Positions 1 to 20,181 are shown, counted from the first letter of the stretch. The stretch: 64,000 bases of DNA from Nitrospinales bacterium (GCA_965223795.1 CBDCXL010000002.1:1856001-1920000); one strand, 5' to 3'. The notes: generated from the letters alone by a model not told the origin. Numbers and translations: made by a program.

Positions 1-62
1 ATCTCGACCGCGCCGTTCAAGCCTTCGAGGTGGTGGGCAAACGCCTGAATGTCCTCGCTTAA
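1..62 (+). CDS. 3' end of a probable class II PLP-dependent alpha-oxoamine synthase (glycine C-acetyltransferase Kbl / BioF family), partial
   Basis: Frame from base 3 reads LDRAVQAFEVVGKRLNVLA*, resembling the C-terminal helix of Kbl-type enzymes; only 19 codons are visible. Confidence 0.5.
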   Translation, partial: LDRAVQAFEVVGKRLNVLA

Positions 63-565
63 GCTCAGGCAACGTCATATTCCGATGTTGAGCCGGTTTT
101 TTGTTCTGCCCAACGGGACCCGCGCCTCCATGAAGTCATGCGGCGTCTGAAAAAAGTTCCGGGAGGCGATATCCTGACGCAACGGGTGCCTGTTCACACA
201 GACTGTGGCGAGCGGGTGCAATGCCCGGCATCCAGCGGGCAGCCTGCGTCCAGGCGCAGGCGGCGCGAAGGGCGCTGACGCGGATCGGGGCACGGAGTCC
301 GCGTGCACGTCCGGTTACAACGCAAAATTGTGGCACGCGGATTGATGGGAATAAGTTATTGAAATTTCTACGTGAAAATTCAGGCTGGATTTAAGTGTGG
401 CATTATTTCGGCAGACCGTGATAAAATCCTTTCAAATTTTATCCTGGGCGAACATATTTCCTATAATTAAATCACCGGCCGTGATAGACTTCGCGGTGTT
501 GACTTTCCCCAGCGGTAGATAAACCCATCTGACTTTCAAAACATCTCGAAATCACGCTTTTTTTA

Positions 566-595
566 TTGACAAAAATGAAATGAAGTCAGTAAGAT
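566..595 (+). promoter_or_regulatory. Putative sigma70 promoter for the tRNA cluster
   Basis: TTGACA-N18-TAAGAT ending 21 nt upstream of tRNA-Thr. Confidence 0.6.
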
Positions 596-616
596 GACCG
601 TTTTCCGTTTTGCTGA

Positions 617-692
617 GCTGGCGTAGCTCAGTTGGTAGAGCAGCTGATTTGTAATCAGCAGGTCGGGGGTTCGAGTCCCTTTGCCAGCTCCA
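617..692 (+). tRNA. tRNA-Thr(TGT)
   Basis: Acceptor stem GCTGGCG/TGCCAGC, anticodon arm GCTGA-TTTGTAA-TCAGC, GGTTCGAG T-loop, encoded CCA. Confidence 0.97.
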
Positions 693-819
693 TAAATTTG
701 TGCGCTTTTTTCGTTGGAGACGGAACGTCAGGAACCCGGACGGCCCGTAAAATCAGAGGCTCCGGAGGGCAGTGCCCGACCTGGTCCACATCTTGGGGGC
801 AACCAATTTTATACAGACC

Positions 820-901
820 GGGGAGGTTCCCGAGTGGCCAAAGGGAACAGACTGTAAATCTGTCGGCTCAGCCTTCGGAGGTTCGAATCCTCCCCTCCCC
901 A
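820..901 (+). tRNA. tRNA-Tyr(GTA)
   Basis: Acceptor GGGGAGG/CCTCCCC, anticodon arm ACAGA-CTGTAAA-TCTGT, long variable arm, GTTCGAATCC; CCA not encoded. Confidence 0.96.
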
Positions 902-922
902 TCCTTTTTTTTGGAGGAGACT

Positions 923-999
923 GCGGGAATAGCTCAGTTGGCTAGAGCGTCAGCCTTCCAAGCTGAGGGTCACGGGTTCGAGTCCCGTTTCCCGCTCCA
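923..999 (+). tRNA. tRNA-Gly(TCC)
   Basis: Acceptor GCGGGAA/TTCCCGC (imperfect match as read), anticodon arm TCAGC-CTTCCAA-GCTGA, encoded CCA. Confidence 0.96.
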
Positions 1000-1037
1000 C
1001 CTTTCGGTTTGTGAGGTAAATTACTTTAAAGGAAATT

Positions 1038-1109
1038 GCCCACGTAGCTCAGGGGTGGAGCACTTCCTTGGTAAGGAAGAGGTCATCGGTTCAATTCCGA
1101 TCGTGGGCT
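1038..1109 (+). tRNA. tRNA-Thr(GGT)
   Basis: Acceptor GCCCACG/CGTGGGC, anticodon arm CTTCC-TTGGTAA-GGAAG, GGTTCAATTCC; CCA not encoded. Confidence 0.95.
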
Positions 1110-1205
1110 TTGCTTATCCGGTTTTGAGGTTCCCAATCGCGGGGCAGGCGGGGAGACAGTGATTTTCCTGGCATTTCCGATCGTAATGGGAAGTGAAACA
1201 AGATT

Positions 1206-1355
1206 ATGAGAGACATCATCCATCTTGCGTGCGGGGAATGTAAAAGGAAAAACTATTCCACCACGAAGAACAAGAAAAAGACGACGAATCGCTTGGAATT
1301 CAATAAGTACTGCCGTTTCTGCAGGAAACACACCCCCCATAAGGAAACCAAGTAA
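1206..1355 (+). CDS. rpmG: 50S ribosomal protein L33 (Zn-binding form)
   Basis: Hand translation [49 protein letters not shown] (49 aa, below the ORF-track cutoff); expected position before tRNA-Trp/secE. Confidence 0.96.
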   Translation: MRDIIHLACGECKRKNYSTTKNKKKTTNRLEFNKYCRFCRKHTPHKETK

Positions 1356-1453
1356 CAAGCGTTGGATTGTTAAATTTAGCGGAGTGCCGGGAGGCGTGAT
1401 GGAGTGCCGTTTGGATTCTCTGTCTCTGTCGGATACCAGCATGCGGATCGCAT

Positions 1454-1527
1454 AGGCCAGTAGCTCGAACGGCTAGAGCACCGGACTCCAAATCTGGGGG
1501 TTGGGGGTTCGAATCCCTCCTGGCCTG
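1454..1527 (+). tRNA. tRNA-Trp(CCA)
   Basis: Acceptor AGGCCAG/CTGGCCT, anticodon arm CCGGA-CTCCAAA-TCTGG, GGTTCGAATCC; conserved position between rpmG and secE. Confidence 0.94.
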
Positions 1528-1552
1528 TAGTCATTTTAAGGTTTGATTGCCG

Positions 1553-1738
1553 ATGATTGCCAAGGCGCTTCAGTTTTTGTCCGAAGTGAAAGTGGAGGTG
1601 AAGAAGGTCACCTGGCCCTCAAAACGGGAAGCTTTGGGAGGGACCGGTGTGGTGCTCGTGGTGGTTTTTCTGATATCGCTGTTTTTGGGTCTCGTGGATG
1701 CCCTGTTGTCGAAACTGGTCCAGGCGTTTATCAATTAA
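1553..1738 (+). CDS. secE: Preprotein translocase subunit SecE
   Basis: EVKKVTWPS motif followed by one TM helix; lies upstream of nusG; start could be TTG 1547. Confidence 0.93.
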   Translation: MIAKALQFLSEVKVEVKKVTWPSKREALGGTGVVLVVVFLISLFLGLVDALLSKLVQAFIN

Positions 1739-1757
1739 TCTCATTCGGAATTGAACT

Positions 1758-2288
1758 GTGTCTAGAGAGTGGTACGTCCTGCATACATATTCCGGATACG
1801 AGCGGAAAGTGAAGCTGAGCCTGGAAGAACAGTTCGAGCATTCGGACCAGAAAGATAAATTGGGAGAGATCATCATCCCCACCGAAGAGGTGGTGGAGGT
1901 GCGCAAGGGCAAGAAAAAGATATCCTCCAGAAAGTTTTTCCCGGGTTACATCCTCATCAATGTGGAGATGACCCAGGACATCTGGTACCGGATCAAAAAC
2001 ACGCCCAAGGTGACCGGCTTTCTCGGTGGAGGGCAGACCCCGGTTCCGCTCTCCGAGAGCGAGGTCAAGCTGATCATGGACCAGATCAAGGGCGAGTCCG
2101 TGCGTCCCAAGCCCAAGTTTTCCTTTGAGCGGGGCGAGAACGTGCGCGTGATCGAGGGGCCGTTCGTCAATTTCAACGGCGTGGTGGAGGATGTCAACCA
2201 CGACAAGGGCAAAGTCCGCGTCATGGTTTCCATTTTTGGGCGGGCGACTCCCGTGGAACTGGAATTTCCTCAGATCGAAAAGGTCTGA
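1758..2288 (+). CDS. nusG: Transcription termination/antitermination factor NusG
   Basis: [22 protein letters not shown] and KOW-domain [12 protein letters not shown]. Confidence 0.98.
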   Translation: MSREWYVLHTYSGYERKVKLSLEEQFEHSDQKDKLGEIIIPTEEVVEVRKGKKKISSRKFFPGYILINVEMTQDIWYRIKNTPKVTGFLGGGQTPVPLSESEVKLIMDQIKGESVRPKPKFSFERGENVRVIEGPFVNFNGVVEDVNHDKGKVRVMVSIFGRATPVELEFPQIEKV

Positions 2289-2323
2289 GTCGATTTTCGT
2301 TTTTGATTGAAAGGTGAAGACAG

Positions 2324-2752
2324 GTGGCGACTAAAGAAGTGATGGGGCTGATCAAGCTGCAGATTCCCGCGGGGCAGGCGACTCCCTCTCCGCCGGTGGG
2401 GCCCGCATTGGGGCAACACGGCGTCAACATCATGGAGTTCTGCAAGGCGTTCAACTCCAAGACCCAGGGTCAGGAAGGGATGATCATTCCGGTGATCATC
2501 GAGGTCTTCAAGGACCGCAGTTTTTCGTTCATCACCAAATCGCCGCCGGCCTCGGTGCTGCTCAAGCAGGCCGCCGGGATCGCGAAAGGGTCGTCCAACC
2601 CGAGCAAGGAGTTTGTCGGCAAGGTGACCCGGGCTCAGGTCGAAGAGATCGCCAAGACCAAAATGGAGGATCTGAACGCGCAGGATCTGGAGGCGGCAGT
2701 GCAGATCATCAAGGGATCGGCGAAAAGCATGGGGCTTGAAGTCGAAGGCTAA
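2324..2752 (+). CDS. rplK: 50S ribosomal protein L11
   Basis: [35 protein letters not shown]. Confidence 0.98.
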   Translation: MATKEVMGLIKLQIPAGQATPSPPVGPALGQHGVNIMEFCKAFNSKTQGQEGMIIPVIIEVFKDRSFSFITKSPPASVLLKQAAGIAKGSSNPSKEFVGKVTRAQVEEIAKTKMEDLNAQDLEAAVQIIKGSAKSMGLEVEG

Positions 2753-2773
2753 TTAAAACGCGGGGACAGGCGC

Positions 2774-3460
2774 ATGGCAAAAAGTGGGAAAAAATACCGT
2801 TCGGCTGCGGAAAAGGTGGACCGCGCCGTCAGGTATGAATTGAAAGAGGCGCTCACTCTGGCAAAAGAGGGGAGCTTCGCCAAATTTGACGAATCTGTGG
2901 ATGTGGCGATCAATCTCGGGGTGGACCCGAGAAAGGCCGATCAGAACATCCGCGGCAGCGTGGTGCTTCCCAAGGGAACCGGGAAGAAGTTCCGCGTGCT
3001 GGTGTTTGCCAAGGGTGAGAAGGAGAAGGAGGCCCGGGATGCGGGCGCCGAGCATGTGGGCGGCGAGGATCTGGTGAAGAAGATCCAGGGCGGCTGGCTG
3101 GAATTCGACCGTGTGGTGGCCACTCCCGACATGATGGGACAGGTGGGCAAGCTCGGCAAGGTGCTGGGCCCGCGCGGCATGATGCCCAACCCGAAAACCG
3201 GAACGGTGACCTTCGACATCAAACAGGCCATCGAGCAGATTCAGGCCGGCAAGGTCGATTTTCGCGTCGACAAGGCCGGGATCGTGCATGCGCCTTTGGG
3301 GAAAGCCGGATTTTCGGTCGAAGACCTTGCGGAAAACTATGAAGCGCTGATGGCCACGCTGGTCAAGATGAAGCCTGCTTCCAGTAAGGGGAATTATGTG
3401 AAATCCGTGTCTCTTTCCACGACCATGGGGGCGGGTGTGAAAGTGGCTTATGTCTCCTGA
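2774..3460 (+). CDS. rplA: 50S ribosomal protein L1
   Basis: [34 protein letters not shown]. Confidence 0.98.
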   Translation: MAKSGKKYRSAAEKVDRAVRYELKEALTLAKEGSFAKFDESVDVAINLGVDPRKADQNIRGSVVLPKGTGKKFRVLVFAKGEKEKEARDAGAEHVGGEDLVKKIQGGWLEFDRVVATPDMMGQVGKLGKVLGPRGMMPNPKTGTVTFDIKQAIEQIQAGKVDFRVDKAGIVHAPLGKAGFSVEDLAENYEALMATLVKMKPASSKGNYVKSVSLSTTMGAGVKVAYVS

Positions 3461-3526
3461 TGCACGCTCTGAGCGGGGAATTGCGGGAAACGTTTTTATC
3501 ATGAAAAGCAAAGAGAGGTTCTGAAC

Positions 3527-4054
3527 GTGCCTACGCCAGCAAAAGAGGAAGCGGTCCAGAAGCTGAACGAACTGTTTCAAAACGCTCGGTCCGCCATTCT
3601 GACCGATTACCAGAACATCGATTCGCCGAGCATCACCGCGTTTCGCGCGCATGTTCGCGGCCGGTCTGTGGAGTTTTGCGTTGTCAAGAACACGCTCGCC
3701 AAAAAAGCGGCGAAGAACACGCCGTTTGAGCTTCTGGACGATAAATTCAAAGGCCCCGTTTCCCTGGTCGTGAGCCGCGACGATCTGATCGCGCCGGCGA
3801 AAGCGCTTTCCGATTATGCCAAAACGGGCGACGGCAAGTCTCCGAAGGTGCTTTGCGGCCTGGTGGAGGGGAAGGTGATCACTCCCGAGGAAGTCAAGGC
3901 TCTGGCGGATCTCCCCTCCAAGGAAGAGTTGATTTCCAGCATGCTGTCTGTGTTTCAAGGGCCTTCAAGAAATTTTGCCTGCGTGTTCGCGAGTCTGCTC
4001 AGAAAACTTGTGGGAACGCTGGATGCGGTGCGCGAGAAAAAAGCTTCGGGTTGA
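3527..4054 (+). CDS. rplJ: 50S ribosomal protein L10
   Basis: VVKNTLAKKA and ALADLPSKEELI motifs; lies between rplA and rplL. Confidence 0.96.
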   Translation: MPTPAKEEAVQKLNELFQNARSAILTDYQNIDSPSITAFRAHVRGRSVEFCVVKNTLAKKAAKNTPFELLDDKFKGPVSLVVSRDDLIAPAKALSDYAKTGDGKSPKVLCGLVEGKVITPEEVKALADLPSKEELISSMLSVFQGPSRNFACVFASLLRKLVGTLDAVREKKASG

Positions 4055-4177
4055 GCGGGTTTTTCGGCTCCCGGGGCTGGGCGCAAATGACCAAATTCAA
4101 TTCATGGATCAGCGGATTATAGATTTTAGAATAAACCTATTTTGAAAAAAAAATCGATCGATTGAAAGGAGGGCGTG

Positions 4178-4555
4178 ATGGCCGTCACCAAAGAGGATGT
4201 CATCTCATTTATCGACAACATGACCGTTCTGGAAATGTCTGAGTTTGTCAAGGAACTGGAGGATAAGTACGGGGTCACCGCCGCCGCGCCTGCCATGGCG
4301 ATGGCCGCACCCGCGGCTGGCGGCGGCGAAGCCGCTGAAGAGAAAACCGAATTCGACGTGGTGCTCACCGCCGCGGGGGATAAAAAGATCCAGGTCATCA
4401 AGGAAGTCCGGGCCATCACCGGTCTGGGGCTCAAGGATGCCAAGGATCTCGTCGAAGGAGCGCCCAAGCCTGTGAAGGAAGGGGTGAAAAAAGAAGAGGC
4501 CGATGAGATCAAAAAGAAGATCGAGGCCGTCGGAGGCACTGTGGAAGTCAAATAA
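4178..4555 (+). CDS. rplL: 50S ribosomal protein L7/L12
   Basis: Ala-rich hinge, [22 protein letters not shown]. Confidence 0.98.
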   Translation: MAVTKEDVISFIDNMTVLEMSEFVKELEDKYGVTAAAPAMAMAAPAAGGGEAAEEKTEFDVVLTAAGDKKIQVIKEVRAITGLGLKDAKDLVEGAPKPVKEGVKKEEADEIKKKIEAVGGTVEVK

Positions 4556-4636
4556 ACGTATCAGGAAATCATTTTCATCGCATTTGACCGTGTCATTTTG
4601 TAATTCAATCCTTAAATACTCAAAGGTCATAACAAT

Positions 4637-8854
<4,218 letters not shown>

Positions 8855-8918
8855 AGAAAATCAACTCCCTCATGCGGAGTTAAAGATACTTATAAATCCT
8901 ATATAGGAGATAAACCTG

Positions 8919-13004
<4,086 letters not shown>

Positions 13005-13028
13005 AGCGTTCGGATCGGGTAATTTTGC

Positions 13029-13057
13029 TTGACTGATCCTGAAAGAGTGGCTAGAAT
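13029..13057 (+). promoter_or_regulatory. Putative sigma70 promoter of the str operon
   Basis: TTGACT-N17-TAGAAT between rpoC and rpsL. Confidence 0.7.
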
Positions 13058-13180
13058 TACGGATTTTTCACGCCGTGAATTTTCCGAAAATAACCACTTG
13101 TTTTTATTGAGGTTTGTTTGGGGCGGCCGGTGTATTGGCTACCCGATACGAGGTGGTTGCATTTTGCGGAGGGAATTTCT

Positions 13181-13564
<384 letters not shown>

Positions 13565-13599
13565 AAACGAAAGCAAACACTTTAAGCGATATATAGAAC

Positions 13600-14070
13600 A
13601 TGGCCCGAAGACGAGAAGCGCAGAAGCGGCAGGTGACGCCGGACCCCAAGTACAACGACGTGCTTGTGGCGCGGTTCATCAACAACATTCTCCGCAAGGG
13701 AAAAAAGAGCGTCGCCGAGCGGATTTTCTACAACGCTATGGATGCCATCGGCGGCAAGACCAAGGAAGATCCCATCAAGGTTTTCCGCAAGGCGGTGGAC
13801 AACACCTCTCCGCTGCTCGAGGTGCGCTCCCGCAGGGTGGGCGGCGCCACGTATCAGGTTCCGGTGGAGGTCAAGGAGCGGCGGCGCATCGCGCTGAGCA
13901 TCCGCTGGATGATACAGAACGCCAAGGCCCGGTCCGCCAAAACCATGGCGGAGAAACTGACCGGGGAAATTCTGGACGCATACAATAATGTCGGCGGCGC
14001 CATCAAGAAAAAAGAGGAAGTGCATCGAATGGCCGAGGCCAACAGGGCTTTTGCTCATTATCGCTGGTGA
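13600..14070 (+). CDS. rpsG: 30S ribosomal protein S7
   Basis: [24 protein letters not shown]. Confidence 0.98.
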   Translation: MARRREAQKRQVTPDPKYNDVLVARFINNILRKGKKSVAERIFYNAMDAIGGKTKEDPIKVFRKAVDNTSPLLEVRSRRVGGATYQVPVEVKERRRIALSIRWMIQNAKARSAKTMAEKLTGEILDAYNNVGGAIKKKEEVHRMAEANRAFAHYRW

Positions 14071-14089
14071 CCCAACTTTCTAAAACGTC

Positions 14090-16189
14090 ATGGCTAAAAA
14101 ACCTGAATTAGAAAAACGGCGCAATATCGGCATCATCGCTCATATCGACGCGGGCAAGACCACGACGACCGAACGCGTGCTGTATTACACCGGCCGCAGT
14201 CATAAGCTGGGCGAGGTCCACGAGGGCACCGCGACGATGGACTGGATGGAGCAGGAGCAGGAACGCGGGATCACGATCACCTCCGCGGCCACCACCTGTT
14301 TCTGGCAGGATCATCAGATCAACATTATCGACACGCCCGGCCACGTGGACTTCACAGCCGAAGTCGAACGTTCGCTGCGCGTGCTGGACGGCGCCATCGG
14401 CGTCTTCTGTGCGGTCGGCGGCGTCGAGCCGCAATCGGAGACGGTTTGGCGGCAGGCCACCAAGTACCAGGTTCCGAGGATCGGTTTCGTCAACAAGATG
14501 GATCGTGCGGGCGCGGACTTTCTCAACTGCGTCGGTCAGATCAAAGATCGGCTCAACGCCAATCCGGTGCCCCTGCAGCTGCCTTTGGGGGCGGAAGCGG
14601 GATTCAAGGGCGTCATCGATCTCATCGACATGAAAGCGAACGTGTACAGCGATGAGAAGGGCAAAGGCGAGGTGTATGAAGAACAGGAAATTCCCGCCGA
14701 CCTGCTGGATCAGGCCAAGGAGTACCGCGAGGCGATGATGGAAGCGGTGTCCGACGTCGACGACACCATTATGGAAAAATACCTGGGCGGCGAAGAGATC
14801 CCCAACGAGGATCTGCTCGCGGCGCTGCGCAAGGGAACGCTGGAGCTCAAGTTCACGCCCATCCTTTGCGGCGCGGCTTTCAAGAACAAAGGTGTGCAGC
14901 AGCTTTTGAACGCGGTAGTGCGCTACCTTCCTTCGCCGCAGGAAATTCCGGCCATTCACGGCACCAACCCCAATACGCAGGAAGAGGTGGTGCGCGGTTC
15001 GGACGCGAGCGAACCCTTTTCCGCGCTTGCGTTCAAGATCATGACCGATCCGTTCGTGGGCCAGCTGGCTTTCGTGCGCGTGTACTCCGGGGAGTTGAAA
15101 AGCGGGTCCTATGTTTACAATTCCACCAAGAACCATCGCGAGCGGGTGGGGCGCATCCTGCGCATGCACGCGAACAAACGCGAGGAGGTCAAGTCCGTCA
15201 AAGCCGGAGACATTGCGGCGGCGATCGGACTTAAAAACACTTTTACCGGAGACACGCTGTGCGTCGAGGAGCATCCGGTCATTCTGGAGTCGATCAGTTT
15301 TCCGGAGCCCGTCATTTCCGTCGCGATCGAGCCCAAGACCAAGGCGGAGCAGGACAAACTCTCCGACTGCCTCGTCAAGCTACTGCAGGAAGACCCCACC
15401 TTCAGCGTCAAAGTGAATTCCGAAACCAATCAGACCGTCATCTCCGGCATGGGTGAGCTGCATCTGGAGATCCTGGTGGACCGCATGCGGCGGGAATTCT
15501 CGCTGGACGTCAACGTGTCCAAACCGCAGGTCGCCTATAAGGAAACCATCACCAAGCCGATCGAGCACAACTACAAATACGTCAAGCAGACCGGCGGCCG
15601 CGGCCAGTACGGGCATGTCGAGATCAAGGTCGAGCCGAGAGAAGCGGGAGCCGGTTTCGAGTTCGTCAACAAGATCGTCGGCGGAGCCATTCCGAAAGAA
15701 TACATCCCCGCGGTGCAGAAGGGCATCGAGGAGGCGATGGAGCGCGGCATTCTGTGCGGCTACCACGTTGTGGACGTGGGCGTCACCCTGGTCGACGGCT
15801 CCTACCATGAAGTCGACTCTTCCGAGATGGCGTTTAAGGTCTGTGCCTCCATCGCATTCAAGGAGGCCTGCACGAAGGCGAGCCCGGTGCTGTTAGAGCC
15901 GATCATGGAGGTCGAGGTGGTGACGCCCGAGGAATTCATGGGCGATGTGATCGGCAACCTGAACTCCAAGCGGGGCAAGATCAAGGATTTGAGCGAGCGG
16001 GCGGGTGCAAAGGTGATCCGCGCGGAAGTGCCGCTTTCCGGAATGTTCGGGTACTCCACGGATCTGCGTTCCGCCACACAGGGCCGGGCGACGTTCTCGA
16101 TGGAGTATTCCAAGTACGAGCCCATTCCGTCCATGATTGCGGATGAGTTGATCGCGAAAGCGACGGGCAAGGAAAGATTAGCAGTTTGA
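14090..16189 (+). CDS. fusA: Elongation factor G
   Basis: [39 protein letters not shown]. Confidence 0.99.
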   Translation: MAKKPELEKRRNIGIIAHIDAGKTTTTERVLYYTGRSHKLGEVHEGTATMDWMEQEQERGITITSAATTCFWQDHQINIIDTPGHVDFTAEVERSLRVLDGAIGVFCAVGGVEPQSETVWRQATKYQVPRIGFVNKMDRAGADFLNCVGQIKDRLNANPVPLQLPLGAEAGFKGVIDLIDMKANVYSDEKGKGEVYEEQEIPADLLDQAKEYREAMMEAVSDVDDTIMEKYLGGEEIPNEDLLAALRKGTLELKFTPILCGAAFKNKGVQQLLNAVVRYLPSPQEIPAIHGTNPNTQEEVVRGSDASEPFSALAFKIMTDPFVGQLAFVRVYSGELKSGSYVYNSTKNHRERVGRILRMHANKREEVKSVKAGDIAAAIGLKNTFTGDTLCVEEHPVILESISFPEPVISVAIEPKTKAEQDKLSDCLVKLLQEDPTFSVKVNSETNQTVISGMGELHLEILVDRMRREFSLDVNVSKPQVAYKETITKPIEHNYKYVKQTGGRGQYGHVEIKVEPREAGAGFEFVNKIVGGAIPKEYIPAVQKGIEEAMERGILCGYHVVDVGVTLVDGSYHEVDSSEMAFKVCASIAFKEACTKASPVLLEPIMEVEVVTPEEFMGDVIGNLNSKRGKIKDLSERAGAKVIRAEVPLSGMFGYSTDLRSATQGRATFSMEYSKYEPIPSMIADELIAKATGKERLAV

Positions 16190-16233
16190 CACATGCATAA
16201 TTATTGATGAATCCATAATCGGAGTGAACGAGC

Positions 16234-17424
16234 ATGGCAAAAGAAAAGTTTGTCCGGGATAAACCTCACTTAAACGTTGGCACGATCGGCCACGTCGACC
16301 ATGGGAAGACCACATTGACCGCCGCGATCACTGAGGTTCTGGCTAAAAAAGGGCTTGCGGATTACATTCCGTTCGATCAGATCGACAAGGCGCCTGAAGA
16401 AAAAGAGCGCGGCATCACGATCGCGATCGCCCATGTCGAGTACAAAACGGAAAACCGGCATTATGCGCATGTGGACTGCCCGGGGCATGCGGACTACGTC
16501 AAAAACATGATCACCGGCGCGGCGCAGATGGACGGCGCCATTCTCGTGTTGAGCGCATCCGACGGCCCGATGCCGCAGACGCGTGAGCACATCCTGCTGG
16601 CGCGCCAGGTGGGCGTTCCCAAGATCGTCGTTTTCATGAACAAGTGCGATATGGTCGACGATCCGGAGCTGCTGGACCTGGTCGAGCTGGAAGTGCGCGA
16701 GCTGCTCGACAAGTATGAATTCCCCGGCGATGAAATTCCGGTCATTCGCGGCTCGGCATTGCAGGCGCTGGAAAATCCGGAAGATGAGGAAAAGAACAAG
16801 TGCATCTTCGAGCTGATGGAAGCGCTCGACACCTATTTCCCGGTTCCCGAACGGCCGGTGGACAAGCCTTTTCTGATGCCGATCGAGGACATCTTCAGCA
16901 TCTCCGGGCGCGGCACCGTGGCCACGGGGCGCGTGGAGACGGGCATCATCAAGGTGGGAGAGGAAGTGGAGATCGTCGGCTTCCGCCCGACCACCAAAAC
17001 CACCGCAACCGGCGTGGAAATGTTCCGCAAGCTGCTCGATGAGGGGCAGGCCGGCGACAACGTCGGCATCCTTCTGCGCGGCACCAAGCGCGATGAGATC
17101 GAGCGCGGCCAGGTTCTCGCCAAGCCCGGTTCCATCACACCGCATAAAAAGTTCAAGGCGGAAGTGTATGTGTTGACTAAAGATGAAGGCGGCAGGCACA
17201 CGCCCTTTTTCAACGGCTACCGGCCGCAGTTTTATTTCAGGACCACCGATGTGACCGGCGTTTCGACCCTGCCCTCGGGCGTGGAGATGGTCATGCCCGG
17301 TGACAATGTTTCCATGCAGGTGGAACTCATCACCCCGGTTGCCATGGCGGAAGGGCTGCGATTCGCGATCCGCGAAGGCGGCCGTACGGTGGGCGCGGGC
17401 GTCGTGAACGAGATTGTTGAGTGA
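16234..17424 (+). CDS. tuf: Elongation factor Tu
   Basis: [44 protein letters not shown]. Confidence 0.99.
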   Translation: MAKEKFVRDKPHLNVGTIGHVDHGKTTLTAAITEVLAKKGLADYIPFDQIDKAPEEKERGITIAIAHVEYKTENRHYAHVDCPGHADYVKNMITGAAQMDGAILVLSASDGPMPQTREHILLARQVGVPKIVVFMNKCDMVDDPELLDLVELEVRELLDKYEFPGDEIPVIRGSALQALENPEDEEKNKCIFELMEALDTYFPVPERPVDKPFLMPIEDIFSISGRGTVATGRVETGIIKVGEEVEIVGFRPTTKTTATGVEMFRKLLDEGQAGDNVGILLRGTKRDEIERGQVLAKPGSITPHKKFKAEVYVLTKDEGGRHTPFFNGYRPQFYFRTTDVTGVSTLPSGVEMVMPGDNVSMQVELITPVAMAEGLRFAIREGGRTVGAGVVNEIVE

Positions 17425-17732
17425 TGACCGACCAGAAGATAAAAATTAAGTTGAAGGCGTATGATCACAAGCTTTTGGATTGGTCGGTCTCGGAAATTGT
17501 AGAAACGACCCGCCGTACCGGGGCGAAGGTGGTGGGGCCCATCCCGCTGCCAACCGTGAAAAACAAATGGACGGTCCTGCGTTCCCCGCATGTGGACAAA
17601 AAATCCAGAGAGCAGTTTGAAATCCGAACGCACAAGCGGATACTGGAAATTCTTGAGCCCACGCCGCAGACGGTGGATGCGTTGATGAAGCTGGATCTTT
17701 CCGGCGGCGTCGACATTGAGATCAAACTTTGA
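17424..17732 (+). CDS. rpsJ: 30S ribosomal protein S10 (NusE)
   Basis: [24 protein letters not shown] overlaps the tuf stop (TGATG). Confidence 0.98.
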   Translation: MTDQKIKIKLKAYDHKLLDWSVSEIVETTRRTGAKVVGPIPLPTVKNKWTVLRSPHVDKKSREQFEIRTHKRILEILEPTPQTVDALMKLDLSGGVDIEIKL

Positions 17733-17733
17733 T

Positions 17734-17755
17734 CCCGCGTGTTGCGGGTTTTTTT
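17734..17755 (+). terminator. Intrinsic terminator-like hairpin between rpsJ and rplC
   Basis: CCCGCG-TGT-TGCGGG followed by T7. Confidence 0.5.
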
Positions 17756-17769
17756 CGAGTCAGTGAGCG

Positions 17770-18399
17770 ATGAACGGTTTGTTGGGTAAAAAGGTCGGCA
17801 TGACGCAGGTCTTCTCCAAGGAGGGCGACTGCGTTCCCGTGACCGTGATCCAGGTGGAAAAATGCGTTCCCATTTTAAAGCGCACCCAGGAGAAGGACGG
17901 TTACGATGCGGTGCTCGTGGCTTATGGAGAACGCAAGGCCAAGCACACGAACAAGCCGCTCAAAGGGTTTTACGACAAGCTCAAAGCGGCTCCCGCAAAA
18001 AAACTCAAAGAGTTCCGCGGCTCGGAAATCGAAGACGATGCACTGGGCAATCCCATCAAGGTGGACATTTTCGGTGAAGGAGACCTCGTCAGCGTGATCG
18101 GTACCTCCAAGGGGCGCGGGTTCGCGGGCGTCATGAAGCGGTACAATTTTCGCGGGGCTCCCGGTTCCCGGGGCACGCACGAATCCTTCCGCGGCGGCGG
18201 TTCCGTCGGCATGCACACCTATCCGGGCCGGGTGCTCAAGGGAAAAAAGATGCCGGGCCGGATGGGCGGCGACACCGTGCATGTGAAAAACCTGAAGGTG
18301 GTCCGGGTGGACAGTGAGAACAACGTGCTCTTGATCCGGGGAGCGATCCCCGGAGCCAACGGGCAGCTGGTGGAAATCATCAAATCGAAGAAAGCCTGA
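17770..18399 (+). CDS. rplC: 50S ribosomal protein L3
   Basis: [29 protein letters not shown]. Confidence 0.98.
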   Translation: MNGLLGKKVGMTQVFSKEGDCVPVTVIQVEKCVPILKRTQEKDGYDAVLVAYGERKAKHTNKPLKGFYDKLKAAPAKKLKEFRGSEIEDDALGNPIKVDIFGEGDLVSVIGTSKGRGFAGVMKRYNFRGAPGSRGTHESFRGGGSVGMHTYPGRVLKGKKMPGRMGGDTVHVKNLKVVRVDSENNVLLIRGAIPGANGQLVEIIKSKKA

Positions 18400-18404
18400 G
18401 CGCC

Positions 18405-19031
18405 ATGCCAGAACTGGACCTGATAGATTCGAGCAACAAGAAAGTCGGAACCGTGGAAGCGGCGCCCGCGGTTTTCGATGTGAAGATCCGTGAAAATCTC
18501 GTGCAGCAATACGTTTCTCTGCAGCAGGCGACCCGCAGGCGGGGCACCGCAAGCACCAAGAGCAACAAGGGCGAGCTCAACGGCAGCGGCAAGAAACCCT
18601 GGCGGCAGAAAGGGACCGGGCGCGCCCGAGCGGGCAACACGCGGTCTCCAATCTGGCGCGGCGGCATGACCGTGTTCGGTCCGATGCCGAGGGACTACAG
18701 CTTCAAGATGTCCAAAAAGGCAAAAAAGCTGGCGTTGAAATCGGTGCTGACCGACCGCCTGCAGAATCAGATGCTGACCGTGGTCGATGAGCTCAAGCTC
18801 AGCGAGCCCAGGACCAAAGAAGCGGTCAAGCTTCTCGAGGGTCTCGATCTCAAGGGGAAGACCCTGTTTGTGGTGGACGGAAAAAACGACAACCTGGAGC
18901 TTGGCGTGCGCAACCTGCCCGATGCCAACGTGCTCAGGGTGGAAGGGCTCAACGTGTTCGACCTGCTCATGCATGAGAAGATCGTGTGCACGCCCGAAGC
19001 GATCAAGAAAATCGAAGAGAGGCTCTCCTGA
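18405..19031 (+). CDS. rplD: 50S ribosomal protein L4
   Basis: KPWRQKGTGRARAG, WRGGMTVFGP. Confidence 0.98.
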   Translation: MPELDLIDSSNKKVGTVEAAPAVFDVKIRENLVQQYVSLQQATRRRGTASTKSNKGELNGSGKKPWRQKGTGRARAGNTRSPIWRGGMTVFGPMPRDYSFKMSKKAKKLALKSVLTDRLQNQMLTVVDELKLSEPRTKEAVKLLEGLDLKGKTLFVVDGKNDNLELGVRNLPDANVLRVEGLNVFDLLMHEKIVCTPEAIKKIEERLS

Positions 19032-19318
19032 TGGAAATTCACCGGGTGATCGAAAAACCGCTGGTCACGGAAAAGAGCACTGAAATGCTGCAGGAGGGCA
19101 ACTGGGTGTCGTTTCGCGTGAGCCTCAACGCGAACAAGATCCAGATCAAGGAAGCCATCGAAAAGCAGTTCAGCGTGACGGTGTTGAAGGTCAACACCGG
19201 GATCGTGCGGGGCAAGCGGCGGCGTTTCGGCCGCACCCTCGGCATCGGCAAAAACTGGAAAAAGGCGATGCTGCGTCTTAAAGACGGCGACAAAATCGAA
19301 ATTTTTGAAGGAGTGTGA
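19031..19318 (+). CDS. rplW: 50S ribosomal protein L23
   Basis: [29 protein letters not shown] overlaps the rplD stop. Confidence 0.96.
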   Translation: MEIHRVIEKPLVTEKSTEMLQEGNWVSFRVSLNANKIQIKEAIEKQFSVTVLKVNTGIVRGKRRRFGRTLGIGKNWKKAMLRLKDGDKIEIFEGV

Positions 19319-19323
19319 CGGCT

Positions 19324-20154
19324 GTGCCCATTCGTAAGCTCAAACCCAGATCGCCGGGCTCCCGGTTTCGCACCATCTCCGGTTTCGATGAAGTCACCAA
19401 AACCGAGCCGGAAAAATCCCTGCTGGTTTCCATTTCCAAAAAGGGAGGCCGCAACAACAACGGCCGCATCACGGCGAAACGGCGCGGCGGCGGGCACAAG
19501 AAGCTCTACCGCAAAATCGATTTTAAAAGAAACAAGGACGGCATCGAAGCGAAAGTCGCGGGCGTCGAATACGATCCCAACCGTTCGGCCAACATCGCCC
19601 TTCTGGTTTACAGCGACGGCGAAAAGCGCTACATCCTCGCTCCCAGCAAGCTCAAAGTGGGGGACAAGCTGCAATCCGGCCCGGAAGCGGAAGTCCGGGT
19701 GGGCAACTGCCTGCCTTTGCAGAAGATTCCCGACGGAACGCTGGTGCACAATGTCGAGTTGCGGCCGGGCAAGGGCGGACAGCTGGGGCGCAGCGCCGGC
19801 AACTCGATCCAGTTGATGGCGAAGGAAGGCAAGCACGCCACGCTGAAACTTTCCTCCGGTGAAGTGCGGCTGGTGGAAGCGAAATGCCGGGCGACGGTGG
19901 GAACGGTGGGCAACGCCGATTATGAAAACATCTCCTGGGGCAAGGCAGGCCGCACCCGGTGGATGGGAATCCGGCCGCGGGTGCGGGCGGTGGCCATGAA
20001 TCCGGTGGACCACCCCATGGGCGGCGGCGAAGGCCGGTCCTCGGGCGGGCGGCATCCGTGCAGTCCCTGGGGGCAGATCGCCAAGGGGCTCAAGACCCGC
20101 AAAGTGAAAAAACCGTCCAACAAATACATTCTGGGCAAACGCAAAAAGAAATAA
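19324..20154 (+). CDS. rplB: 50S ribosomal protein L2
   Basis: [29 protein letters not shown] 19324 chosen from SD spacing (alternative 19315). Confidence 0.97.
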   Translation: MPIRKLKPRSPGSRFRTISGFDEVTKTEPEKSLLVSISKKGGRNNNGRITAKRRGGGHKKLYRKIDFKRNKDGIEAKVAGVEYDPNRSANIALLVYSDGEKRYILAPSKLKVGDKLQSGPEAEVRVGNCLPLQKIPDGTLVHNVELRPGKGGQLGRSAGNSIQLMAKEGKHATLKLSSGEVRLVEAKCRATVGTVGNADYENISWGKAGRTRWMGIRPRVRAVAMNPVDHPMGGGEGRSSGGRHPCSPWGQIAKGLKTRKVKKPSNKYILGKRKKK

Positions 20155-20181
20155 CCTGTTTCACGACAGTGTAAGGAAACC

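Noticed and set aside
331..346. Sigma54-like site TGGCAC-N5-TTGAT
   Set aside because: The -12 element is GA rather than GC, it is 270 nt from the next gene, and a good sigma70 promoter lies closer.
632..1162. 176-aa ORF across the tRNA cluster
   Set aside because: It is the translation of four tRNA genes, a common spurious call.
820..1527. tRNA-Tyr, tRNA-Thr(GGT) and tRNA-Trp lack encoded CCA and have slightly atypical D-loops (possible pseudogenes)
   Set aside because: All stems pair and the synteny is canonical; CCA is commonly added post-transcriptionally.
3461..3526. Expected L10 leader between rplA and rplJ
   Set aside because: The spacer is only 66 nt and I could not identify the conserved L10-binding structure by eye; an Rfam search is needed.
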